From: Botryllus schlosseri
Taxonomy: Eukaryota
NCBI GenBank assembly: GCA_051294905.1
Contig: CM119375.1
Coordinates: forward strand, 10,912,001-10,976,000
DNA: 64,000 nt
Reading direction: 5' to 3'
In this document: one piece after another, positions 35,861 through 47,813 of the stretch
How the letters are laid out: each line of letters starts with the position of its first letter
Numbering within the stretch: the stretch's first letter is position 1
Notes under the pieces: generated by a model
What the model was told of the DNA's origin: nothing
The model's database searches: none
What the model saw: the letters and a program-made list of their open reading frames with translations, nothing else
Program-made: the position numbers and the translations under genes

Positions 35861-38800
35861 ATGGCTCCTGTTTGGATATTTATGGTTTTACTCGTGGCGT
35901 TGTCATCGGTAGAATGCAAAAACACAACTGAAGAGGAGATCACGTGTTCGGCTCGGCTTACACTGAAATATGGAGAGTGTCCAGACGGTAGGTTAGAATT
36001 TTTTAAGTCGTGAGGTTGTGTTCATATTCGATATTATCCCAAGATTTGTTTTCGGGATTTTTGCGATCAAACCAAAGCAAACAGAACGCTATCAGGAACG
36101 TGAGCCTTTCTACGGTCAGACTAGGCCGCTGCATTTCGCCACATCTGCTGCTTTGTCTATCGGTTCTGATATTGATGATTTGCATACAGTGACTTCAAAA
36201 TACGTGCGATGCCTAAATGCCTGCAACGGTAAAGAAATCACTGCAAAAGATGAGTGCGATCAGGCTCCGGAGTGCTGCTTCGTGGCAGATACGTGCGTTT
36301 TCCGGAGAAGTAACGAATCTGTAATGGACTTTTTTCTTACTCTATCTATATCTCTGCGACGTCTACAGAAGTAACTCGATTCAACAAGCATGCCGCCAAA
36401 AAGCGAGAGGAAAGGCTCTTCGAAGAGTTGGAGCAGAAATTTAACATAACTGCGCCCCAGCGTGACTCTGACGGAGCGAGAAGTTTGCAAATGTTCCCAG
36501 GTACGATGCTCTGTTTGGTCGCATTGTTGTGCAGTGGAGCGATTACTGCATCATGCAATCCATTGCGATTAAAATCACTTACGAAAGTGGGTGTCTGATT
36601 CCAAAGACTACTCCAAGTTATTTCGACACCTTCCTATCTTTTTATTGTATCGCAATTTTGTGGTGCATTGAACTGATAAATATAGCTACTAAACTGAACC
36701 GAACCGAAGCTCGCGATTTAGATGAAAATACAGTCTCGCAGTTGGCAGTAAAGTCGGTTCCGATTAACTGGCAATGTAATCACGATTATCCGCAATTAGA
36801 TTAATTTTGTGAGTCTTGAAAACGATTAAATCACTATTTTCCCATGTATTATGTATACTACTGTACAACACCTACAGTACACGTAGGCCTTCGCACATGG
36901 TCATTGCACAAATGCACATGCACATGCACAACGCACATGACCAATGAGCATGAGCATGCGAAACTCGGGTATTTGGGTTCGGGTTAGACTTACGTTTGAG
37001 TTAGGGTTAGTTTTAGTGATATAAAGACACATACTCAACTGTTTCATGCTGAAATGACGCTGTCTAATGATCAACTGCCGTTCATCACCGCGCCATTGCT
37101 GCTGAAACGTCGCGCAATCATTATCCAATGCCTACCGCAACGATTATTATCAAATGACCTCCGCCGTATCGTTGCTGACACTTGACGCAAATCTGGAATG
37201 GATACACGTCACAACGTCACATATCAGGCCTTACAGTTTGTGCCGAGCAAATTGTAATGTATTGCATATTTCCATATGATTCAAATATACAGTGTGTTTC
37301 ACTGCCAATCATTAAAGCTCTTGTGCCCACGAACAGGGTTTCCTATGCCGCCCGGTTTAATGGATGATAGCGCGCCAATGTTCGGAGGCATTGGCCTACC
37401 CGCTTCGCCGCCTGCTTGTCAGCCATTTCCATTCAACTGCCCGAGCGTTTCACTGCAGCAAATTATAACACCGCCGATAGACATTCCGTATTGTCTAAGG
37501 TAAGCAATCAACATATATAGAGATGGAGTAAGCTCTAAAAGCGAAGCGTCAGTACGGCCTGTTCTAAATGTGTGCCTTGATGCTTACGTCACATATTAAC
37601 AGTGACATTTGTGCTCATATTGTGCTCACCTGTGCTGAAAACACATCAATTCATTTATACAATGACTCTGTCATTCGGGTGATTCGAGAACTGGAGTAAT
37701 TAGGGTTTCCATATGTCCGGAATTTCCCACACATGTCCGAAATTTCACTGTAAAAATTACGTCCGGGAGGGAATTCTAAAATATGCCTAAATGTCCGGAA
37801 TTTTGTAGGCTTGAAGTAGGCTCAAATTTTTTTCATAAATCACCATAAACAATCTTATTTTTAAGCAGATTTATGCGATTTGAAATTTTTCTCGCGGTTT
37901 AGTGAAACGTTTATTGATATTCCGGGTATCGCGAAGGTGTTGGACGTTATCAGCTTCCAAAATAGACCGTGAGTAAGTCTGGGCAAGCTGACCTTTTTTA
38001 GTAATCAGCCTATCAATTTTTGAGCTTGACCAGTTGACCACGTAACATTTCCAAATTGGAAAGGAGGTCGGCGAACATAAAAGGTTGAAAACCACCTGGT
38101 GTACAACCGGATGGTACATTTTATAGTAATATACAGAGGTGGTCAGTAACGAAGTACTTCTACTTTTTAGAAGTACTCAAGTAGTTTTCCTCTACTTCTG
38201 GTACGTACTCAAGTAGATCTGATTTTCCCTACTTCTACTTCTACTTCGTAATATTTTGTGATCTACTTACTTACTTTTCGCTACTTTCAGTTTGTCAAGT
38301 AGAAGTAGTTTAATCCCCAATACGAAACATAGCCCGACGAGTTTGGGGGCTGTTTCACGGAGTACCATCATTTATCATTCATAAAAGTCAATTAAAGCCC
38401 AGAAATTTTGTTGCGCTTCGCGCATTGTAGTTAGAGTGACATATAGGTTTTCACGAAAATGTCAGTGAATATAACTTAGATACCGGTTTGCTTATGGTTC
38501 CGCTCACACCGCATTGTCGCCCATATCAAATATTTCATCACAGTAGATATGACCCACCATAACGTTTGAAACTACCGTTTCGCAATCTATCAATTAGGCT
38601 ACCTATCCTATCCTATCGTTATCTAGCTGCCCACGATGCGTCCAGCTAATCTGGAAAAACCGTCTTTTTGGAATGTTACACCTGTTTTAGCAGATCATCT
38701 TTGAAGCTTTATGGACAAAAGACATGAAATATATTTGCCACTTTTTATAAGTGGTATTTGTATTTCACTTTCAATTCCGAGTATGAGGGTATCATACTTT

Positions 38801-41800
38801 GAGTTATAATTGCCTTCAATTGTCTGCAGAACATACATGTTGAAGCATAAAAGCAAGCAGCAATGCCTCTATTTTCCGAAAATAAAGCTACACTTATTAA
38901 AAATTTTACTATCGACCATATTTGTTATTAACGTATACCAATGCCTTTATTTTCCTACAATAAAGCTACACTAATTAAAAAATTTACTATCGACCATATT
39001 TGTTATTAACGTACTAATCACGCAAAGTGTTGAAATCGTATCCGATACAACTTCTCCGTATTGCTCTTTGCCTAAACTTGGGGCCTTATAATATGGGGTA
39101 GGGCTCCATGCCATGATATTCTCTAAAACGGGGACTTATAGTAAACAAAGGGTTAGTATCGCATTTTCATATCAATACTATAATTTGCATCCCATGATGC
39201 GAAAGAATGCTTATTCTGTCGAAAATTGATACCTCCTTAGATGCATCAACATGAATCAAGCTCTCTGCACCTTCCGCATAGCTCAATTTGCAGCTTTAGA
39301 CAGTCCCTGCGAACGAATTAACACTCTTTTCAAAACTACTTACTTACTTGAGTAGATTTAAAGTCAGTAAATTCTGCTTCTACTTCAAGTAGTTTTAGGT
39401 GGCTTACGGAAGAAGAACTTCTACTCGTACTTGAGTAGATTTTTTCGTCGCTACTTCTACTTCTACTTGAGTAACTTTCTTGACTACTTTGACCACCTCT
39501 GGATGGAATAACCAATATTATTTACAGAATTCATTCACAAAATTTAGCAACCAGATGCACAATTGCACAATGCACATAGTAAGGCCCCAAGAAGTTGCAT
39601 CGATTAAACTCTGTGGTGGGCCCAAGATCGGTGCAGTCCTGGACGGACGGGGGCTAAAAATGTTGTTTTGGACCTGGTTACAACACACAACCAGATAAAC
39701 GCACCGACCTAACACGGCTAACAGTACAGCAGGGCTGTCAAACATACGACCAGCGGACCTCCAGCCGATTTCATTCGGCCCCTGAAGAAATCTGTTGCAG
39801 ACCCAAGCTATCACCAGAGCTCACATTAGAGATTGCCCAATTCAGAACCTATGTTCAACTCCACTCCTGTATGCAGTCGATAGGCGAAGCTTTGCTAGTG
39901 TGACGTCATATTGATGGACACTGTGTTTATAACTCATTACAAAATCCGCTAGTAGGCGCTTAAGAGTGTTCGGAATACCACAAAAATATGGCAACACTAA
40001 TTTTAATATACCTTTCGTTTGAGTCAGCAGTGGCGTAGCAGCCACTTGGCGATTCTGGCTCTGCGCCAGGGGCGGCAAAATGTGTGATCATCTTTTTTCT
40101 TTTCTTTTTATTCAACACAAGTTTTCCAGTAAATATAAATGAAAAGATTGATATTATTTCACAATTTGAGCGGTATTTTCAACGAAAGTCTGGGGCGGCA
40201 GCATATGCTTCTACGCCTCTGAGTCAGTCAAGCCGTTCATTGGATGTTTTATTGCGAATTTTAGGGAATATTGTTCGCAAAACGACCAGGCCCTTGAAAA
40301 TGACATGGAAAAGTGCCTAATGCATCCCGGGTGCTACTTTGATCGCGAGTTACACATCTTGCGTCAGTCATTCGGGCACCAGGTCTTGCCAAGAGTTCCG
40401 GTGTGTCACCTGGCCATACGAAATCACAAATTCCTGCAGAGAACAGAGAAGGCGACTAGACAGGTAAATATCAGCACGATCCTTGGTCCCATTTACCTCG
40501 TCTGATTTCCACTCTTTACTTGCAGTTGGGTAAATGGAATCCTGCCTTGACGCAATGCATTTTGACTCAATATGCAGAAGAGATTTACGATTCTCCAAAA
40601 GGTTGCGATATGAATGACGTCATAGAGCATTTTGGATACCTTCCTAAGATGGCGGGATGGAATGGTGAGTGAGCAACTGAGCAAGGTGGAAGCGGAACAA
40701 AGTTATGCCTATAATTTCAAATTGGTAACATTACCGTTTGTCAATCTCTATAGTAATCCCATGTATTGATGACATAACATGGCACCTAATACCATATCTG
40801 TTGATCGTCATCGTCATGATTTTATATGCAACAGTCATTCCTGAGTTATTAAATCGGCATCTTTTCATACTTATCTAAATCTCCTCACGGGTATTTCGTT
40901 GCTATTTTTATCAGGAATTCAAGAGAAAGAATGCTTTCTAATAAACGGATGCTGGAGTCAATCGAGGGGATGCTTTTACCCGATGAAAATGTCCGAGCTT
41001 TTTATCAAGTCAGGTCAAAGCATCGCCGCTTCAAAAGATATGCTGAGATCTACTAGACAAAGATACGGCATGCCGAAATGCCAAAACTTCGACGCTTCGA
41101 CTCCAAAAAAGTTTTTGAAAAGTTACCACAATTGTCTCTCGTCAGGGTGCGCATTAGATCCTGCTGTCAGCGATAAAATGTACTATTACAATCTGTGGAA
41201 TCTGACGAATTCCCTGCCCCCGCAACTGCAATATCTAAGTTGGGTTGATATAGCTAACAGCAAAATGAGGGCAGATAATTACGAAGCAACTCTCAACAGC
41301 TATCGCCGAATGTCCGTAACTGATCAAAGTGCTTTGCTGGTTAATTCATTGGGATCTGTATCAAACACCCGTGTAACTAATTTAATATCATCCATCAATA
41401 CTGCTAATTTGTTCAATCCACTAACATTCCAGTTGTCTGGTATCTCATCTAACCTGAACAATGGTATTAAACTGCCGTTCGGCTTTAATGCCCAAACCTC
41501 AATGCAGCCTGTCGTAAAAAGTGTCGGCCCTGATCTTTGCCCATACCGACAGGTTCACATGTACAATTTCCCCACATTGAAAGGAAGGTTCACGGGATGC
41601 TGTGAACGAAATCTATGCTATCTTCCCAAAAACTATCAAGCTTTACAAAGATCTGGCATGTCAAACTATTTCTCAAACTGGGGCCAATGGTCCATGTGCA
41701 GTAAATCTTGCGACTCTGGCAAAACATCACGCACCAGAGTGTGTATAGGCTCGCGATTCAAAGATTGCCACGGAGTATACGAGGAATCGAATTCGTGTAA

Positions 41801-42308
41801 CACTTATCCATGCCCGGAATGGACACAATGGGGCTCATATATCCCATGCAGCGTTTCATGCGGTGGAGGCACCACTTTTCGAACTAGGAAATGTACTGGC
41901 AAAGGGTGTGTTGGGCCGAGAAGACAGGATGTCAACTGTAATACTGGAAGATGCCCACAATTTTCCAACTGGCTTCAGTGGAGTCCCTGTACTGTGACGT
42001 GCGGTGTCGGAACTAGGCTGAGAACACGGAAATGTATACATCCCGGTTCTTATAAATGCCCCGATAAGGATCCCATCGAAGAAAAGGGCTGCAGAGCGTT
42101 CTGTGGAAAAATCGTGTGGGGCGCATGGTCAAATTGTGATGACAGCACGTGCAAGAGGACAAGGGTACCGAAATGTAGATATGAAAACGGAGAAGGCCAT
42201 TGTCAAAATGTTCCATCGATCCAGACCAAATGGTGTGAAAAGGTACCCTGTTACTGCAGACGATATCCAACATACGGATTTTGCCAATCATGGAATAGAG
42301 CGCGTTGA
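35861..42308 (+). CDS. Secreted 757-aa protein with trefoil-like Cys motifs and 3-4 thrombospondin type-1 repeats. Exons 35861-35987, 36190-36309, 36369-36500, 37337-37499, 40265-40463, 40526-40664, 40915-42308
   Basis: Signal peptide MAPVWIFMVLLVALSSVEC. All six introns are GT-AG with consistent phases (1,1,1,2,0,1), summing to 2274 nt. TSP1 motifs WGQWSMCSKSC, WTQW..CSVSCGGG, WLQWSPCTVTCG. Trefoil-like ECCF..C and GIQEKEC..GCW..GCFYP. TSP1 call is strong; upstream exon linkage is manual. Confidence 0.8.
36590..36700. repeat. Dispersed repeat, second copy at ~45935-46040
   Basis: gtgggtgtctgatt(c/t)..aaagac.actccaagt..ttt.gacaccttcctatcttt occurs at both sites. Confidence 0.7.
38134..39501. 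mobile_element. Non-autonomous TIR element, family D (CTACTT/AAGTAG subterminal repeats)
   Basis: Ends cagaggtggtcagtaac / actactttgaccacctctg. Inverted copy at ~62400-63683; decayed copies at ~52750-55085 and ~58457-60110. TSD not preserved; probably hAT. Confidence 0.8.
38879..39012. repeat. Local tandem duplication (~78-bp period)
   Basis: aataaagctacact.attaaaaa.tttactatcgaccatatttgttattaacgta occurs twice. Confidence 0.85.
40028..40221. mobile_element. 194-bp MITE with a 6-bp TSD (superfamily unassigned)
   Basis: Ends cagtggcgtag / ctacgcctctg; agtcag on both sides (40022-40027, 40222-40227). Confidence 0.75.
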
Positions 42309-42727
42309 ATGGGTTAATATTATAATTTTGTATTATCTATATCACTTATTACATAAAAGACTGGTTACACTGAGTGGTGGTGTCATGATAAAGCTAATAG
42401 TCTCGAAAGGATATTACGCCGTTGGTATTGGTGTAGCTCAACGATTCTGGGTTGGTTGTAATATATCCACACATTTACATGTGCGCCCGAATGGTGTGCT
42501 AAAGTAATGAGTCTTTGAGGGTGTAAACTGTTTTTCACCTTCGCGCTTGTTCGTCAGTATATCTGTGACGCTTACACCGTCAGGTGAATCTATCTCATGC
42601 AGACTTATCAGTCGGGCTGGTCATGGTCACAAGGGTTCTATTAGCATATATTATCTAGTATATAGAGTAGAGTATCAGATCTAAAGATTCGTCTTGAGTA
42701 TGAGAGTGAGAGTCGATCTCTTCAAGG

Positions 42728-45634
42728 CAGACCTGGGCAAAGTGCGGCCCGCAGGCCAAATTCGGCCCGCGAAGCTACTGAGTGGCCCGCGCAAAGTTGC
42801 TTGGACTTAAAAACATAAACCTATTTTCTAATGTTGCTGCGTGGACTAAAACCCAAGGCTGTATAAACTGAACCGTAAATTCGTTTGCTTTTAAGCCTGT
42901 TCATTACAATGCCGCGATTACCAAGCCTACGTATTAGTGCGTACCTCATTCACGTAATCCAGGTTCGAAATAAAGTTAATGTAGCAAATTATGCCGTAAT
43001 AATTAAAGTCACAAGAAGTCACCAAAACTTCGTCACCACGCATTACGCTGCCCGTGCTTCAAATCTTTTCGTGATAAGTTTACAAATCCCTAATTCGTTA
43101 AACAAGTCAATCAGTGCCCGTGATTACGGTGAGTCTTCATCACCCATAAATGATTAACGGGCATGTCAAAAATTCAAGCAGCCATTTTTCTATATTATTG
43201 GATATTGGGCCATTACCGCGCCACGGCCCACCAAGACATACAATCAAGTTTTAGGCCATATAACATGCGACTCCAAGAAGTGTGCCAGAACGATCGGTAG
43301 CGAGAAAAGCTTGGGCGAAAAGGTCTATGCCCTTATGCAGACCGAAAACTTCGTTATATAGGCTATACAAAATAAATATAGGTTTAATTGTCCATAGGCT
43401 CCTGAATGACTGGCGCCGAATGTTCCTGTCTTTGCAATCTGAACCTCACGAGACAATTACCATCCCGCTGGGGAAAATTTTATGCCAGTGAAGAAATACC
43501 AATTTGAAATCGTGTGCGTCTCTTAGTTTAGAAGCCTACGTTTGGGCGATTCTATATTTTTTGATATAGCAGACTGGAAGTCACGAAATAACACCATAAC
43601 GAAGTCATATCAACGGGTACGCCCGCCCGAAGATGTTTAATCAATATTTACGGGCCCTCCCGTTTTCAAGACACTTCACTCAGCTCAACCGGTAAATCTA
43701 ATTAGGTGAGTAGAGAGGACAATAAATTGATAGCATAATATATATGCATTATGCAATCACCGATCTGATTGACCGATTTTATCATAAATTCTCGAAAATT
43801 TTCGCGCCTCGCTTTCGCTCGGCTCACAATACAGTACAGATAATTTCGTGACAAACGCGAACAACGTGATGGGTGCCTGACGAGGTGCTGTTTAATTATT
43901 ATTGAGTGGTCCTACCTTTTCAAACACACCTCACTCAGCTCTACCGGCAAATCTGATTACGTCAGCAGAGAGAAGATAAAAATTGATAACAAATACGCAA
44001 TTCCCGATCATACTGACTGATGAAATCATAAATTTTCCGCGCTTCGCGCGCTTAGGCGACAAAAACTGATTCACTAAACAAAGTCCCAAAGTCCAAGATG
44101 AATAGTGGTAAACAGTGTATCGCCGGAGAAGGGGGTCTGGGGGGCGAAGCCCCCCAGAAGTCCGGTCTATAACCCTATGGGGGGGCCAAGACCAAAGTTT
44201 TTTTTGGGGGCTGACGAAGTGCTGTTACGGCCCTCGACATACATTCGGTCAAGGGTGAGCGAATTGCCGAAGAACTGCAAGCTTCGCTCAACAATCGCCA
44301 AGCTGCACAATGCACATCGCTCGGAAGGCAGCGACCACGACAATAAGCTGTGGGGTGTCCCAAATACTCCTACATTTTAATATCCTGATAGAAAAAACGC
44401 GGATGGGGGTTTAAAGAGGGTTCAAAATGTATCATGTTTAACATTGTTTCGAAATATGACGGCAAATAAATAGTCTTTTTTGGTAATTAGGGTAGAGTGG
44501 GGTAAAACGCACAGGCGAGGTAAGACGCCCACCATCAATATCACAGAACAAAACGAGCATTGAATGCGTCACAGTATCGCAAATATCGCCTAATGGTCAG
44601 ACGAAACTGTCACTTTGATTTCCACACCTGGATGAAGATTTGTAATGTTTTATGAGATTTTATGACTTTTACACATATTCTTACCAAAAGATAGCCTTTT
44701 ACAATCAAGTGAAATGTCATATTTAACGGATGCTACAGATACTTTTCCGGTTCAATTTATGCTTTCACTACGCGTAGTTGGATTTAAGCCACAGTCCGAA
44801 GGTGAATTTACAGAAAAACCACCTGGTAGCTTATCCACAAACAATGGCGACCTTGAGGCTAAAACGCCTACCCCATCTGTGGGGTAAAACGCCCCACCCC
44901 TCAAGTCCAGTAAATGTGGACTGAGTAGTCGTTTATGGGTTCATCAAGAATGCTTTCTCGGAGAACGTCACTCCCATCAAAATTGCTATTCAGATGTGGA
45001 ATATAGGCTATTCCTCCGACTAAACAAGATACATCTCAATAACTTCCGACTTGTTTTTGACTTTCATAATCAGTTGGCATTTCTGGGTGAAATTTGTTTT
45101 TAAAATATCCGGTACGCCATGATGAGGCGGAGAACCATGTATAGGGATTAAATATTTATCGGTTACTGAGTGGTATGCTATATTTAATAGGGTATAATGA
45201 GGTAAAAGCCATTGGGGGCGTTTTGCCCCACCCCTGAAACAAAACGTCAAATTGGTGGACATCGATGAATGATAATTTTACATATGATAATTGATACTTG
45301 GACTTTCCATACGATCGTGGTAGAGTGGGGACGATATCTCACGCGCAAATTCCGAAATTTAACCCGTTTCGACCAGTTTGGTGGATATTATGACGTTTCC
45401 CGCTTAGGGTAGGCGCGCTGCCCCACTCTACCCTAACTGTCACTTTCTCATTCCGTAATAGGCCTATATCAACACATCCACTGAGCAGCATTTGTTAGCA
45501 GTGTGATTCACTGCTTTCAATTTAGAAGTAAAATTAATACGTTGCAGGATACAGCTAAGATTTTTGACTCGGCCCGCCAACGTATTTTCTGCTTCTTATT
45601 TGACCCGCGAAGAAAAATAATTGGCCACGCCCTG
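42728..45634. mobile_element. Non-autonomous hAT (2907 bp)
   Basis: Ends cagacctgggcaa with gcggcccgc repeats / ttggccacgccctg; perfect TSD cttcaagg. Confidence 0.85.
44490..45433. mobile_element. TA-TSD MITE (Tc1/mariner/pogo-like by TSD) nested in 42728-45634
   Basis: TIR gggtagagtgggg / ccccactctaccc flanked by TA; internal ggggtaaaacgccc-type repeats. Confidence 0.8.
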
Positions 45635-47813
45635 CTTCAAGGAATACCACGTGTGACTGTCATCATCGTCCTTGTGCCAAAGAAAATTTACAGATTGAAC
45701 TTTTTCAAGTCATAATTATACTGATACTCGCATACTTGAATTGAATCACGCAGACAGGTCTCGGTTTTGCTTGCCCAACCCTACGTAGGCTGTCTGGCTC
45801 GACTCACCTTTATTCTGGGCTTCTATATACACCGCATTCAGAGTCGATGAGCAACCGTGGTTTCGACATATTGAATCCACCTACTTATCATTCTGCGTGC
45901 ATGGCATATGTTTACATCGTCCAGCTAGGCCCAGGTGGGTGTCTGATTCTAAAGACCACTCCAAGTCGTTTTGACACCTTCCTATCTTTTCATTGGATCG
46001 CCATCTTGCAGTGCTTTTGAAATTAAACTGAACTGAACTCGGAGTTTTATTGCGTCATCGCTGCCGTTTTTATGTTCCTGCTAAACAGTAATTGGGATGA
46101 ATGAACTGACGTAAATTCGAATATCCAATCCAGATCAACTCTATAGCACTTTGTACAAACAACGATACTTTAACAATGGCGCTGAACAAATCCACAAATC
46201 TTATATAAAATATACTCGCGGTGTCGAAGACTATCGTCAAGTGTCTTTCTCTCGGATTCTGTGCATTGTTACTGCGACTACGTATGTGATACACCATAAA
46301 ATATAGTTGCGATTACATCGATCTTGTCAGTGGGATTATTTACTTTTAGGGCTGGGACCGAATTGCGATTTAGGTAGTTTGAATATGGACAGACCCATAA
46401 TGAGATCAGGAGTTCGCGTGCTGCGGATTGTGAAATAGGTAAACAGAGTAGGCTACTATGACATAGAGAGGTACTGAAATGGTTTGTAGCAGACTCTAAT
46501 GTAGGCTATATTTGACACAGTAAAGGTTAAGAATCTTATGTCTATGTTGCTCTTGAGTTCTGCAGTCAATTACCGAAACACGCTCGCTGCAACCAAACAC
46601 TGACTGATACAGGGGTCTGGGTTGAGCGAAGATATATGTCAGCTCGCTACGGCCAGCGAAGTGTGAAGTCTCGAGTTCCGTATGCGATGCGTCCTCATTA
46701 GGTTTTTGCTCGATTTTAGTGCATAGTCAGAGTGGCTTACCTCTGACCCCCTACAGCTCTCGGTACTGCTGTAGACTGTGGACTGTGGTGCTATTGATTT
46801 CTCCATTCGGTGATCTAAAGCGTTGCGTTTGACCTAGAGCTAGAGCAATTGCTGAGCTATAGATAGTGGTATATTGTCGCTGTGTAGTTGGGCTTAGGGT
46901 TTTACCCTAAACTGAATTCAGTTTTACAGGCATTTTGATTTTAGAAATGCACAGTCGCGTTACCGAATACCCCTCATAAATCATGTTATGGCCATATGGA
47001 CAAATATGAATCATATTATAGATAGATTGATATCCATTGGATATCTTTTGCGTCCTTGTCAAGGGTGAAATTTGAGGCACATGGGGATAAAATTTTAGGG
47101 AGGACTCTTCATTAGATGCTGTATAGGAATACTAGAATAGAATGATCTAATACAGGGGTTTTCAAGCTTTTTGCTCTTCATGGCCTCATTTCGATCACAT
47201 ATTTATAGTGTATAGGCCATTCTAGTGCCTAGTGGACAGTCGTAATGGCAGTGGCTCACCTGGGCGCCAAATATCACTGTTGAATTGGCTACCTACAGGG
47301 GGACTTCGCATCGCTGACGACAGCCCATGTGGCCCTTATGGAATCTCGGTTTATTTTTTGAAATAAATCCTGCGTGATGAGAGCTTTTCTGCGTTAAATA
47401 ATTGAGTAATTGCCAGACTGAAATTAGTGGTTGTTTTCGGCAATAAGTTGCGCGTGACATTAGGGTTTCTTCCGTAGAATAATTAATGAATTAATTGGAA
47501 AGTTGCGCGTGACGTTTGCCACCAATTCCACTCTGGAGTAATTGTACAGAAAATTCTGCGTGACGTTGCCACCAATTCTACTCTGGCCATGTGGTGTTCT
47601 GTGCCATCTGCCCATCACTGTTTTCTTGTGAAATAACTTGTGCAAAAAAGTTTCTATTTGTAGAGAAGAAACCTCGGTTTACTATGGGCACTGAAATCGC
47701 CAATATTAATGTTTTGAAAGTCATTGTCATATTGTACAGCACATCGCCAATCATACTTAGGCAATTATCGCTATTGCTCGTGTCGCACCATGACTAGAGC
47801 TTTCAGCAGCCGG

